A program made the position numbers and the translations under genes. Shown one piece after another: positions 13,384 to 26,645 of a DNA stretch of 64,000 bases (positions are counted from its first letter, which is position 1; every line of letters begins with the position of its first letter). The stretch is from positions 16,054,587 to 16,118,586 of the forward strand of contig CM120648.1 in assembly GCA_051362555.1 (NCBI GenBank), given 5' to 3'. This DNA is from Lingula anatina (lineage: Eukaryota > Animalia > Brachiopoda). The notes beneath the pieces are model-generated. The model saw nothing but the letters and a program-made list of their open reading frames with translations. It was not told the DNA's origin and did not search any database.

Positions 13384-14416
13384 CATCTATGGGAATAATC
13401 CCAAATATTGGTTTTAACAGAGTCCGTCCTCCATTAGATTCATACAGCTTGGGGTTACCGTGACGTAAGTGGATTGACTGCTGGGACGGGCTGGTTACTT
13501 ATACAAGTTTTAAGTTTACATTGATTGGTATCTACTTTTTCTTGTTTTTCTTCTCCGGTAGAATGACGCACTAAACGCTGAGACGAGAAGGTAATACGAC
13601 TTTACCTTGACTTGAAATGAAAAAATGATATGTTTGATTTATGCAACCCATGTAAGGAGTTTACCGAAAGGAAACTGTGGTTCCAAAGGGAATGTACTTC
13701 TTTATTGGCGGTTTTAAAGCAATAAGACCCGCTTTGTCAAAACAACCTGTATATTCCATCATTTATGATAAATCAAACGAGGGTATAAGCTAAAATTATT
13801 GTTTGATTGACATGCAAAGATTAATGACAAAGACACCATCTTGAGTGGTTAGCTGTAGCATTTACTCTATCCACCTGTTTATAATGCAGCTTTTAAAAAC
13901 TGATTGGATTAAAACATAATTATATGAGTAGCCATCTTCCCATCAGTATTAATGCTAATTGGGAGCGCAAGGAAAGAAGGGGCGTCTCCTTGAAGTCAAA
14001 GTATCTGAGGCTGAGGTTGACGGTCTTATAGGGAGTACTACCCATGTTAGCCAAACTTGTCATTTTAAAGCTAACGAACTATAATATAAACGCTGAACTT
14101 CAGGGTGTCTTAATATCAAAAGGTTTGGGACACATGAGGGCCATTTTGGTTAAGTTGAGGCTCGGACACATTAGTATTTTGTACCCGCGGTTGAGGAGTT
14201 CAAAGGCGTTGTGAACTGTATTAGGATACCAGGTTGCCTTCATTTTCCCTGATGAAACTTGTTTATTTTTTACTACTTTGCAGCTGATGATGCATTTGGG
14301 TATTTTTTATTATTTTTTGATACAACCATGCATCCAGTTTTCTTGCCATTCATTTCCAGTCCCCTCTTCTCGGTTCAAAAACATGGTTCAAATATAAAAT
14401 TTACACAGTAGCTGAT

Positions 14417-14821
14417 ATGGATGCAGTAGTTGTTTGTGGTGATTTCAATTCCAGAATTGGTAATTTACAAGACTGCATTGAGGGAATATATAACCTTCCA
14501 GAGAGAGCCTGTGTTGATGAAACCGTCAATCAGCACGGTGTGTCTATGATAGATTTCTTAATAGAATCAAAATTCTGTGTATTAAATGGCAGAGTTTTTA
14601 AAGAGAAAGACGACTTCACTTGTAGAACAGGACGGGGTTTGTCAGTAGTTGATTATATAATAGAAGCTCAAGATATGTTTAGAAAATGTCATAGTATGCA
14701 CGTATCTCCATGTAGTGACTTAGTAGAAGCTCATCATTTACACTCATTGCTAAACGGCAGATCAAAAGTACCTGATCACGCATTTTTATCTTTTGTGCTA
14801 GACACACATGTAGACCGATGA
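14417..14821 (+). mobile_element. LINE AP-endonuclease fragment (tandem copy)
   Basis: Near-identical to 12979-13383. Confidence 0.88.
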
Positions 14822-15487
14822 CATCTATGGGAATAATCCCAAATATTGGTTGTAACAGAGTCCGTCCTCCATTAGATTCATACAGCTTGGGGTTACCGTG
14901 ACGTAAGTGGATTGACTTCTGGGACGGACTGGTTACTTATACAAGTTTTAAGTTTACATTGATGGGTATCTACTTTTTCTTGTTTTTCTTCTCCGGTAGA
15001 ATGACGCACTACACGATAAGACGAGAAGGTAATACGACTTTACATTGACTTGAAATGAAAAAATGATATGTTTGATTTATGCAAGCCATGCAAGGAGTTT
15101 ACCGAAAGGAAACTGTGGTTCCAATGGGAAGGTACTTCTTTATTGGCGGTTTTAAAGCAATAAGACCCGCTTTGTCAAAACAACCTGTATATTCCATCAT
15201 TTATGATAAATCAAACGAGGGTATAAGCTAAAATTATTGTTTGATTGACATGCAAAGATTAATGACCAAGACGCCATCTTGAGTGGTTAGCTGCAGCATT
15301 TACTCTTTCCACCTGCACATAATGCAGCTTGTAAAAACCGATTGGATTAAAAAAAATAATAATATGAGTAGCCATCTTCCCATCGGTATAAATGCTAATT
15401 GGGAGCGCAAGGAAATGGGGGGGGGGGGGGGGGCGTCTCCTTGAAGTCAAAGTATCTGAGGCCGAGGTTGGCAGTCTAGGGAGTATT

Positions 15488-16070
15488 CTGTTTTCCCTTT
15501 TTGTCAATGACTGTGAATTAAAATTTCTAAAAAGTGATACCCAGCCAGTTATTATGAATGATTTGTCACTTTTTCTACTCATGTATGCTGATGACATGGT
15601 TTTATTCGCTGATTCTGCTGAGGGGCTACATAGTATGTTGAACTCCCTATCAACATATACTGATAAATGGTCTTTAACTGTAAATGTAAGAAAAACAAAA
15701 ATACTGGTATTTAGAAAAGGTGGTGCTTTAAAAACTGATAAAGTATGGCTATATAAGGGTCACAAACTGGAAGTAGTTAATGAATTCTGTTACCTGGGTG
15801 TCACAATGAATTACAATGGTAAATATTATAAAACCCAGATACAACTTGCATTATGTACAATGCCGCAAAGCCATGTTCAGTTTGTTTAGAAAGTGTAGTG
15901 ATATGAGCTTGAACCATACTACCGCTTTATCTTTGTTTGACACTTATATATCTAGTATCGCCAATTATGGATGTGAAATATGGGGTCACCATCCTGCCCC
16001 TGATATTGAAAAGGTGCATTTGGACTTTGGGAAATTTATTTTGGGGGTTAAACGTTTAACCCCTGACTCA
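15488..16070 (+). mobile_element. LINE reverse-transcriptase fragment
   Basis: LFSLFVND, LLMYADDMVL, LTVNVRKTKILVF, FCYLGV, then after a frameshift YGCEIWG. Confidence 0.9.
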
Positions 16071-17403
16071 ATGAGTATCTGAGGTTGAGGTTTGCGATCT
16101 AGGGAGTATTACCCACTTTGGCCAAACTTGTCATTTTAAAACTAACGAACTATAATATAAACGTTGAACTTCAGGGTGTCTTAATATTAAAATATTTGGG
16201 ACACAAGAGGGACATTTTGGTTAAGTTGAGGCTCAGACACATTAGTATTTTGTATCCGAGGTTGAGGAGTTCAAAGGTGTTGTGGACTATTTTCCCTATT
16301 TGCCTTCATTTTCCCTGATGGAACTTGTTTTTTAATTTTTTTTCCTCCTTTGCAGTTGATGTTGATTTCTGTTTATTTTTATTTTTATATAACCATGCAT
16401 TAGGTTCCACCCCCTCTTCTCAGTTCAAAGTCATGGTTCAAAAGTAAAAACTATCTGACATATATATTTTTATTGCATAATAAGCAAATAATTTCGAACA
16501 TAAAAAAGACAATCTATTCTAAATGTAGAAGGGCTTCATACCAGACACAAAGTGCGATCTTAGCAACATTTTCGGTATCTAAAAACTGCCTTTAACATAA
16601 TATTATTACTCATTTGCTGTCATAAACGCATAATATGAGTCTTCTACAGAAAGTAAGGCTACAACTGAAGTAAGCAATGACAGTAGTTTTCCTTTCACAA
16701 AACCATTTGATAAATAAAACTTTTAACATGATGAGTAATCAACTGCCCCCCCCCCTCCACCCCGGTATTCTCCTTTCCACCCTTTCAGTTCATACCCTTT
16801 TGATGAAACCAAGAGCGCATTCCCACAGACACCATTGGCCTACGGAGATCGATCCAACTCCGCGGGGAATCTCGCAAAAAGCAATCAGTTTTACAGATTA
16901 ACACGTCTCTTATAGGCGTTTAGTTGAAAACAGAAAAGCTGGTGACTGTACGCGTACGATGGAAATAAGAGGAAGCATGTGATTCAGTTAAGCTGATGGC
17001 ACTCAGCGAGAGTCCCTACAGATTAAGTTCGATCTACGTACATTGTAGACCGATGACATCTATGGGAACAAGCCCAAATATTGGTTGTAACAGAGTCTTT
17101 CCTCCATTAAATTTATAGATGTTGGGGGTTACCGTGACGTAAGTGGATTGCCTTCTGGGAAGAGTACTTATACAGGTTTCACGTTTATATTAACGGATAT
17201 CTAATTTTTCCTGTCGAAAGGCGGTCAAAGGTGAAGGATGAATCAAAGATAAATTTAGAAGACTGACTGAAATATATCTCTGGATCTGCCCTTAGCCGTG
17301 TATTGTAAGGGGCTCTGGTGCATTGGGACTGGTTGACTTCACAACATTTTATTATTAAAAAAAAATGTTTTAAACTGAACCGTCTTTTTCCACCAACTTT
17401 CAG

Positions 17404-18829
17404 CTAGATTACGGTGTACTCAAACAGAGGGATATATTTCCCCCTTGATTCGTCATACTTGGCGCACAATTTCAACTTCCCGGGACAGTCTCCTGTATAA
17501 ACTGTTCCATCCCACGTGTTCCCGTCGCTAGGCAACGGTTGCCATTTCCGGTTCACCATAGCGGAGACCTGTAGCGCTCCAGGAACCTGAAGTTTGAAAC
17601 TTATTAGGCTTCCGGCGTCAAGGACCCCCGTGAAAGGGTGATGGAGAACCCCTACATCCCAGCGCCCTAACGCGATGGGCAAGGGGCATTGTTCCATAGA
17701 CGGCACAGAGCAGCGAACAAGCACGCGGTAAACACACTCAAATTGGTCTTCCACTGCCGACTGCGAAACTGAGATTTGGGATACATTCAAGTCTAATTCC
17801 GCAGCGAAAACAGAAAGCATGTAAAATCCGTTTTTTATCATTCTTAATCTGAATCCCACGTGATCTGGGTCTTTTTCGTAGATCATGGCGAACTGAGTGT
17901 TCTCCAGAGCGGACGACACCGATTTCCCAAAATATACGAAAGTATGCGAAATTCGGCAGTTTCTTTTTGTAAGTATTCGAAAACAATAATCACTTTCTTT
18001 GTCATGTACAACGTATGGGTCAAAACGAGCTACAGGAGAAATGCCCAAGCCCTTGGCATGTGCAGTGGCACCCAAAATGTGTACATTTGGATAATGACGT
18101 CTGCTAGAAGATTTGTCGACGTCAGTACAGTTAATCTGAAACACGCATGCGCATTCCATGGTGGTCGAAGGGTCGTCTGCTACGAATATTTTGAAAAAGT
18201 ATATGCCTGGCTGTGGGACTTTGGCAGTGAAAAGAACCTCGTTGTCGATTCTTCGACTAAGAACGCTTCCTGTCCCCGATTCTCGACTAGCTGCAGACGG
18301 GGGGTGGTGTGGGTCAATTTTAGCAGCAAAGTCTGCCCGACTGGCATTCGGCACTCCTATTCTCACCTCAGCCCTGCCGGAGTGTGTCCATAGAATCGAT
18401 ATGTACCGGGTTGCAAAGCGCAGGCCTTTGTTAAAAAATGGCGCCTTTACCACCGGGAGTCTAATAAATTCCTCCATGGAAATGGCAGGCTCCATTAGCT
18501 GCCACTTTTTGTCGTCCGGAAAATGTTCAAAAATATGATCTTCGGGGTCTGTGAGAAAATAAAACTCCTCACACCGATATTGAAGCTCTTCGTTGATGAC
18601 ATTCCCCTGACCTTGACCTGGTGATGTGATCTGACCTTGACCTAGTTCGTCCTCAAAATGTTTCCCCCTGGTGAATCGTGCACCCCATTGGCAGTTGATG
18701 AAGTGCCAAGACCCGTCCACGCAGACCGCTGTCCAGGAATTTCTGAAGCGCCTGGACATTTTACGACCAGCCTTGTAGCCAGAACCCTTCGAGTACCCAC
18801 GGATGATCTCACAGTGAATTCCAGCGTAA
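17404..18829 (-). CDS. Hil: hillarin-like terminal exon, copy 1 (open frame)
   Basis: Acceptor ttttatattag at 18830. YAGIHCEIIRGYSKG..SWTAVCVDGSWHFINCQWGAR..FYFLTDPEDHIFEHFP..WQL followed by KY-type Ig-like repeats, stop at 17404. Confidence 0.9.
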
Positions 18830-19286
18830 CTAATATAAAAAATAAAAACAATAACAATGACTTTTAATTGACTTCCCGAAAAAAGGCAGCTTTAAGGAAC
18901 AAAGACTAGATAAATGTCTAAAAAAATGTTTTTGAAATGACAAAAATAAATAATAAAAAGTTACATCACTTTAATTGAATCCCCGAAAATAAGCAGTCAT
19001 AATGAAGAAAGACTCGACTGATACATTCAGTTCACTGTTAGAATGAGGGAACAGGGTTTCCTTGAGAAAAGAAAAGAAGAAGAAAAGAAGTTCAAGAAAA
19101 ATAAGAAGAAGAGGTGGATACCACCAAAGATAAGATTGAGGGGTACTTGCTATGCCAACTCCCCCCCAACCCAGAATCCAGAATACAGTTTAGCCCACCC
19201 TCGACGTTGCAGGTGGTTTCCTCGAATAAAATATTCACTGAAAGTGGTATAGAGTTTCATGAGACAAAAGAGGCACTGAGGTTTAC

Positions 19287-19430
19287 CTGCATAGTCGTTT
19301 AAAAAGAACATGATAACTTTCAATCCCCAGTTTGATCCCTCTAAGCAGTCCCAGGGGAGTGTCTGGGTCAAGGTCATCGCTGAACTCCATCTTGTTCAGG
19401 TTCTTTACGGTAATCCAACGGAATATGGCT
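19287..19430 (-). CDS. Hil: hillarin-like internal exon (144 nt)
   Basis: tttcag|...|gtaaac; encodes AIFRWITVKNLN...ESYHVLFKRLC. Confidence 0.9.
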
Positions 19431-19771
19431 CTGAAAGCATGTAACATTAACAACGTTAAACAAACGTGCACCTTGGTTTAGACAGCGCAAAAACAGATTA
19501 AAGAAATGTTAAAATCAATGATGTTGCATCTGCCCTAAGAATTTCACTAAGTATTATATGAGATAAAATAGGCAAATGTTCTTTAAAAAAATCAGTCATT
19601 TTTCTAATATGCAATTGCAATCATGCTCAGTGTGTGTTTGTTCAGGAAAATAATAAATAAATAAGATTAAAATTAAAATTAATTAAAATCAAAATAAATA
19701 AAATCAAATAAAACAGATATCAGAATTCAATGCTGACCTTCAGTAATATTTATAATAAGAATGATTAGTAC

Positions 19772-19857
19772 CTTGCTTTTTCTAATTCGTTACAGCAGTC
19801 CTTGGTTAGGTTCCTTACAAGGTCTGTAAATGTAGTCAAATCGTCGGATTTCGCAAC
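19772..19857 (-). CDS. Hil: hillarin-like internal exon (86 nt)
   Basis: taaag|...|gtacta; encodes VAKSDDLTTFTDLVRNLTKDCCNELEKA(R), phase-compatible with both neighbours. Confidence 0.85.
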
Positions 19858-20851
19858 CTTTAATAACAATAGTAAAAAAGTCTTAGTCATACCCCGCTTG
19901 AAGAAGGAAAACAACCTTTCCCCAAGGATATCAAGAAGCATGAATAATGTAAAAATGTAACAATATGATAAAAATCCTTCTCTCTACAATTAAGCCCATT
20001 GTAATTATTTACTTATTTATTTATTTATTACAAGAGAATATACGAATGTACGCCTGGTAAGGAAAGTGAGTCAATCTCGTCGTAGAGTGGAACTGCTGTT
20101 TTAATTTCGTGACTTTGTCAAAACAACAAAAAAGTCACAAAATTGGCCATAATTCCCAGGTGCAGACGTCTCACTCACTAACATTTGGTCTGGTGATGAA
20201 TACTGACAGATTTTTACTAAAATTGAAGCAATAGCTTGTAACGACGGTTATGAATTTCACTGGGGATATGTGCACAGAAGCCACATTTCCTGTTTGCGTC
20301 GCCAACGTCAAAATGTTTTCAACAAGATATGTCTGTCGAATTTCATAGTTATGAAACATTTCATTGTTTTTTTTTTTCATATTCAAATATTGCTTTTTTT
20401 TGTTCATTTTAATTTATTTCAAAAGTCGAGTTTGGCTGTACGGTTTGTCAGAGTTTAAAATTATGTCTTAACGGAACAAATCTTTTTAATTGGATTATGC
20501 CCCTATTTCACACAGACCACGAATCCCACGAATCGCCAGGAATCGACAAATTTCAGGATTCGTGAGGATTCGTGAGATTTTTTAATGAACTACAGCTGAC
20601 GACGTAACAAACGTAGCGTCTCCCTGGCAGAGCTTTCTGCTGCTGTACACATAATAAAGGTTCATCTTTTCTGGACCTTGGTAGGTAAACGAAGCAGGAC
20701 ATTCTTGGTCTCACAGCACCCCTGTCCTGGATAGATAAATCCTGTCCCCTCCCAACTCCACTCGTCGCTCTCATTGGGTAGTCAGCCGGTGGACGGAGAA
20801 TCCGTAGCCTTGGTAGGTAGTCCAAACCAAACATTTTTATTTCAACCCCCC

Positions 20852-20888
<37 letters not shown>

Positions 20889-22636
20889 GCTTAGTCTCAC
20901 AGTTCCCTACTGTCCTGGATAGAAAAAAACACTCTTCATCCTCCTCTCGTTGCTCTCGTAGGGTATTCAGCCGATGTACTGATAATTCTTAGCCTGGTTA
21001 TTAAGCCCAAACAGACATATTTTATCTCAACCCCCATCTCCCACCCTGTGTAGATTACACCTCACCCCAGCAACCCCCCCACCCACCCACCCACCCACCC
21101 CACCATATACCCTCTGATATCACAACCCCACTAAAATACTGTACAGAATCACACTGTTGGGTTTTCAACAATTTTGTACCAGAATACTAGCGCACCCTGT
21201 GGTCAGAGAGTACCAGCCATACGGTTGGCTTGGCTTTGTGACAGGACTGGTAGTCCTAGGAATGGAAGTCCAGGTTCCCATATGATAAGTACAGGTTAGG
21301 GTTAGCCGGTGTGACAGGAATGGTAGTCCTAGGAATGGAAGTCAGGACTCTCATAAGGCTAGTACAGATTAGGGTTAGTCGGAGTATTGGGGTTAGTATG
21401 TGGGGCGAATGTCACCTGTTCAAAATTAAATGGGGAACTGTATATGGTTCACTAGCGGACAACTATTCCTGTCAAAGGCTGCTATACCCTCTCGTACAAT
21501 GGTTTCACTGACGTACGCCCCTTATAAAACTAGCTTCTTCTGTCCATTTCCAGAACATGATTCTTCAACACACCTTACTTAAAATAAGACTTTGTGGCAA
21601 ATCTATGTTTTGATTGCTGAAGGTATATATTTTTCAAATGGACTCATTGTTATTTCTTCTAAAGCAACACAATAAGACACGTCTGGCTGCTTTCCTCCAG
21701 AAGGCATGTGTTATAGACTTATACAAGCATGTTTTGTTCTTGCATCACACAGTGATCGACTTTCATCCTTTTTAAAGGTCAAACTTTATTATCTACCCTG
21801 GCAACGCACGAAGCGTTAGATCAATAAATAGAATTCAAATAAAATTACTGATCAATAAAAATAAGAATATCAATAGATATTTAAATAATCAAGATAAAAT
21901 AGATTTATTTTAATCAGTCAACGTTGACACTTGTATACCGTTCTGTAAGTTTTATTTCGTCTTGGCATCTGCACAGGTTCATTCACTAATGTAGGCGTTT
22001 TGAGGTAGGAAGAGTCTAAAAGAAACATTTTTTTGTTTTTTCTTTTAGTTACGGATACTGTTAGCCTTTGCCAAAGCTCCTCATTAACTGCCTCACATAC
22101 ATTCGTTTGGATAATAGATAAATCTTTAGTGTTCAGTGACTTAATTAATTAACATTTACACGTATGTTATTTTACGAGTGAGGTCATAATTGCGGCTTTG
22201 TGATAAAATATTGAAAGATTGGTTTCGCAAATTTCTCCTTTACCTGACAACCTACGAACACCGCTTCAACGCCAATTTAATGACACCATTTAGTACTCCA
22301 AAATCCTGCCAAAGATTCGTTTTAAAAGTCTTTGTTCAGATTTTATCGTTGATAAAGCAAAATAATGTCTTTGTTTAATTTTAAAAAATCTGTTTTTAGG
22401 GATGAAGTTACGCCCCACACCGATAGATTATATTTTGGGGGTTTTTTTTATTGTTTTAAATCAAAACAAAGATAAGTGCATTGTTGAATAATAAGATGCA
22501 GGAAAAAAACTACATTTCGGCATCTGGATGATAAAAAAGGCTTAGAATACCCTGTGGTTAAGTGAATGGCGAAAATTCATATAATCGAAACGCATTCAAA
22601 TAAATAAATAAATAAATAAAGCCATACAATACTGAC

Positions 22637-22771
22637 CTCGATCGCTTGCATATCGAGGCGTTGGACAGCAGAATCCGACTTTTCAAAGAAGTCCATCTTT
22701 TTAACCTCTGGTGGAGCGACATCTGGCGGTAAAGATCTGTTGAAATCATTCTCTGTGTCGATTGCTCTTTC
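22637..22771 (-). CDS. Hil: hillarin-like internal exon (135 nt)
   Basis: tttcag|...|gtcagt; encodes ERAIDTEND..PPDVAPPEVKK..RLDMQAIE. Confidence 0.8.
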
Positions 22772-23105
22772 CTGAAATGTTTCAACGTGTTATTGTGAGT
22801 TAAGAAACACATGGCTGGCTCATTTATCATATAAAGATTACATAAAGATCATATATGTGGTGGGGGGCTGTGGTCAAAACCCCGAAACCAAAATGCCGCG
22901 CTATGGGATTATCCTTGCGAATGTGGTTATTGTAAATTCTAAACAACACTGTTTCTAAGAAGCACTGCATAACAAGTAGGGAGAGTTTACCATTTATGAG
23001 TCCCACAAGGTGGAAACATAGTGTCTAAGCAGAAAGAAAAAACGAAACTTTGTGAACCAGTCAATTAATTATCCTGCTTACTTAACCGCCTTGTAGAGAT
23101 GCAAA

Positions 23106-23144
<39 letters not shown>

Positions 23145-23723
23145 ATGAAATAAAATAAAATAATAAACGAATAAAAATTAAAGACATTAATACGCTACAC
23201 TATTACCAAATAGAGTCATAATGAATAAAATAAGAATTTCACGTTAAAAATAGCTAAAATAAGTGACTATATCTATTTTAAACTTCATCAATTTGAGATA
23301 AATGGGCATAAACATCCTATGAAAATATACAAATACACATGCATATAATGTGCCCACGACTTGAATTTCACCACTATCACAATTTAGTCCTCTGCTTCTA
23401 TTGCAACAGCTGTATTCACTTTGATAGCACTAGCACACTTACCTCTGGGATATTCAAACTATGGGGCCGGAAACTCTCCGGGATGACTCAAACTGTTCGT
23501 AAAATCAAGCGAGATTTCGCTGTATCTAGAGTAGGTTTGGGGTATAGATAATGGCAGCTTTAAAATACGTAAACGCTTTCAATACGAGGGGGACCGTTTA
23601 TTATTTTTCTTTTCAATTGTCTTTCAAAAGTATATTTCATTAAATTTTCAAACATTTAATTAGTCAGGAAATCTAGACCGAACCCCCCCTTGTATAACTC
23701 AAAAAAGAAGATGTTATAGGTCT

Positions 23724-24548
23724 ACGTCGAGGGGGGTAACTTGCCCCACCACGAGCAAGTTGGCCCCAGGGTCAGGGCAAGTTGGCACCCTATACGAAAA
23801 TGAAGTAAGTATCCCATGTAAACACCTTGGAATACATTTTAAATTTATTAAATTGATTTTTGAGAGTCTTTGATGAATAAATAGTTCAAATGAGGCAGAT
23901 TTATTGAGGTTTCTGTACGTCACGTTGTATGTGTTGCAAGAACCAAAATATTAATCAATAAAATTTATTTTGTTTTAATTAAAAATAAATTAATAATGGT
24001 ATAAATCAAGTTCTTAATGAATGAAAACGAATTATAACTTTTCGTTTTAAAAGAAAGTAACAAATTCAGTTTTAAACTAGTTTGTTTCAACAATAGTCTC
24101 TAACTCTGTTGCTCGCCAAGGTTTGTGGGTAATATGAGGGTCCAACTTGCCCCGAGTCAAGGGGGGACAACTAGCCCCGAGTGCATTTTTTTTAAAGGAT
24201 GGCAGCCATTTATGGTGCTAGAATGAGCAACGATCATACATCTCTGTGAAACTTGAAACAATCAGCTTCGGTTTGATGGCCTAAACATATAGCCTATTAT
24301 ATTCGATCAAAAGCCTATGAAAATAGATTTCTTAATCTTTAAAACAAAATTACTTTTAGGTGCAAAAATCGTTTATTCCGACTCACCGCTTAAGTAAAAT
24401 TTTTTAACGTCGGACACTTCCTTAGCATTGTAGGCTACAGTCACTTTACAAGAGTATGTGGCTAATTATTTTTTTACCTCGTAGTTACTTTTCGTAAATT
24501 GACGGGAGGCTAATTTACCCTGGGGTCCAACTTGCCCTGGTCTCCACG
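23724..24548. mobile_element. non-autonomous DNA transposon (pogo/Tc1-like termini)
   Basis: Repeated caagttgg/caacttgccc motifs near both ends. The right end (caacttgccctggtctcc) recurs inverted at 33376-33790. Confidence 0.6.
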
Positions 24549-24717
24549 ATTTGGTGAGCTTTACGATGCCTTACACAAATCGGCTGAATCGTACATCCTG
24601 TGTAAAGTTGACTTTATTCTGTTCATCTTATTCTGTTCATTTTACACATGTTATATTTACTGAACATTTTTTTATGGATTTTACAATAAATAAAGAATAT
24701 TATTATTACAGTCTAAC

Positions 24718-25229
24718 CTTCTCAGCTATCAGTGATAGCATCTCTTTGCTGTGTTCTCCACCAGCTTGGCAAGCTCCTCTTGCTCTTGTTGTTCTAGAGA
24801 TCGCATCAGCTCCTGCATTCTCTCGTCAAGACGGCTTTGGTATTCGTCATCAATGTGCTTACTTTTCTCCAGCAAGCTGGTCGCGCTTGTATCTCCTTCA
24901 AAAGCTTCGTCATCCAGATTCTGGCCGTCGGTGATGACGTCATCATCGTCGTCATCTTCAGCCCCTCTGTCGTCTGCTGCGCTTTTGGGGGCTCCTTTCC
25001 AAACTAATGGGGTCCCTTTGATAATTCGGCTAGAACTCTTCATTCCTAACCTGTAGAGGAGAGCGACGAATTCTTTGACAGAGGTTTCTTTTTCTGCCAT
25101 AATCTCTTCCACAAGCTTCTTCATGCGCGCTTCCTTTTGCAAGTGGAATTTCTTAAAGAGAGAGTCTTCTTCCTGTTGTTTTCACTCCAGTTCGCGCTGG
25201 GTTTCAAATATTTAATGATCTTCGAAGTC
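24718..25229 (-). pseudogene. Hil: hillarin-like coiled-coil exon with lesions
   Basis: DFEDH*IFETQRELE*KQQEEDSLF.. (TAA 25212-25214, TGA 25182-25184), plus a -1 frameshift near 24755 before HSKEMLSLIAEK|gttag. Confidence 0.75.
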
Positions 25230-25539
25230 CTTTGTAAAGAAGAATAATAAAAATACTAATAGATTAAGCAAATTTATATATTTCAATATGATAGAAATAT
25301 AGCCTTTATGGCAACGAGGCCTTTATTAAGAAAAAAATGCTGAGTAAAACAATAACAATTTCTGTGAAAATTTAAGTTTAACATTTTTTAGCTCTTTCTC
25401 TTCCAATCTAAATTTTCCAAAGACAATCGTCTCCATAACAAATAAATCGAGCAAATTTCTTCAAGACTGAAGCAAGTGTCACAAAAAACAGTCCATGTGG
25501 TGATGATGCTCTCACATATATTTATTATTGACTTTTCAC

Positions 25540-25698
25540 CTTGTAAGTTTTGAGCGAGGGGTATCTTGTTATCGTCTTGCGTCCGCTAGGGGTGAGTAAG
25601 GTGGCACTTTCTGCGTTGCTGTCGTCATTCTGTTCGTCAACAGTCGTCGCTGGCGCTGCTGGATCCGTGCTCTGTGCGTCATACATAGAGGCTCGCAC
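25540..25698 (-). CDS. probable upstream exon of the same gene (159 nt)
   Basis: ctcaag|...|gtgaaa; 53 open codons VRASMYDAQS...RYPSLKTYK, phase 0 at both ends, GC-rich island in AT-rich intron. Confidence 0.6.
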
Positions 25699-26298
25699 CT
25701 TGAGATAGATATAAACATTTATTTGTTTGTTTATTTATTTATTCTTTAAACCTCAAGGGTTTAAAACGTTCAAGAATAGCCTACATAAATGAAATCGCAG
25801 ACATAATTCACAGAATAAAAGCACTTAATTAAACCGTTCTAATGTACATAAAATCATTCTGAAATAATGTGGTCAGGTTAAAATATTGGGCAAAGTAGTA
25901 CTGAAAAGGAATAAAATTAAAAAAAAGCGTTAGTTAAAAGTAGCACCGAAGGTAGGCCTACCCACATTACTAGTTTTTTTTTTTTTTTTTTTTTTACATA
26001 TAGACGACTGGGATGTTTTCACTTAAATTTATCATGATCAAATGTTGATAATAATCTTTTTTTTTTCGCTTTATACACAAAATTGAAACTATTATATTTC
26101 AAAGGGGAACATTCATTTAATATTTTAAATTAAAATTCTATAAGTGTGTTTCAATTCATTTCGCTTGTTTCTACTTATGTATCACTTCAAACCTACTCAT
26201 CTGTGTAACTTTCACCCATCACCCCTCAACCCACACACCCCCGAGGTGAGCGACCCCTCCCTCCACCCGCCACCCCCTCCTTCCGTGTGAACCCTATT

Positions 26299-26570
26299 AA
26301 GTGGCAGATTTAGGGGGGTTCAGGGGGGTCCTGACTCCTCCTTCGATCTCTGAAAAAAAAACACACAATGCCCCCCCCCCCTTGAAAATATCATTTTGAC
26401 TAGCTGAATCATAGTAATAAAACGTACAAAATGCCACCGTTAGCCCTCTAAAATACCAATTTTTTCGGGAACCTTCAGTGGGCCCCCAACCCCACACCAA
26501 GGAGCTGGGGGACGTTCGGCTTTGCATGCGCGGACCCCGCCCCCTACAAATATCCCTGGAACCGCCCCGG
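26299..26570. mobile_element. short GC-ended MITE
   Basis: agtggcagatttagggggg...cctggaaccgcccc imperfect TIRs; related copy at ~29665-29903. Confidence 0.6.
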
Positions 26571-26645
26571 CACAACTGGAAACGCTCCGTGTCGGATTAT
26601 CAAATAAGTGCTCGTGTGCAAATGATGAATTTTAACAACATTGAT

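Larger units (their letters stand above)
12183..16460. repeat. ~1.44-kb tandem repeat (about 3 units) carrying LINE fragments
   Basis: tttatgcaa(c/g)ccatg recurs at ~12183, ~13637 and ~15077, and the endonuclease ORFs are 1438 bp apart. Copy 2 has one unit fewer (~39521, ~40937). Confidence 0.9.
7370..23884. repeat. segmental duplication, copy 1
   Basis: Colinear with ~36024-49648. Shared ORFs 14417/40278, 15392/41252, 17404/43103 and 19283/44980 (offset 25,699 at the large exon). Confidence 0.95.
17404..25698 (-). pseudogene. Hil: hillarin-like gene (transglutaminase-like/KY family), copy 1; six exons, one disabled
   Basis: GT-AG exons 25698-25540, 25229-24718, 22771-22637, 19857-19772, 19430-19287 and 18829-17404. 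The last four join in phase to give TFTDLVRNL..LEKAR/AIFRWITVKNLN..DTPLGLLRGIK.G.ESYHVLFKRLCS/YAGIHC..GYSKG..FRNSW, the hillarin signature. Exon 25229-24718 has two stops and a frameshift. No 5' (LIM) exon was found. Confidence 0.85.

Noticed and set aside
17738-18867. Overlapping ORFs on other frames and strands of the hillarin exon (likewise antisense ORFs over the gypsy and transposase)
   Set aside because: Shadow ORFs of real coding sequence with no motifs.
21290-21400. ggttagggttag motifs as telomeric sequence
   Set aside because: Only 1-2 hexamers inside a small ~72-bp tandem duplication (also at ~46985-47090).
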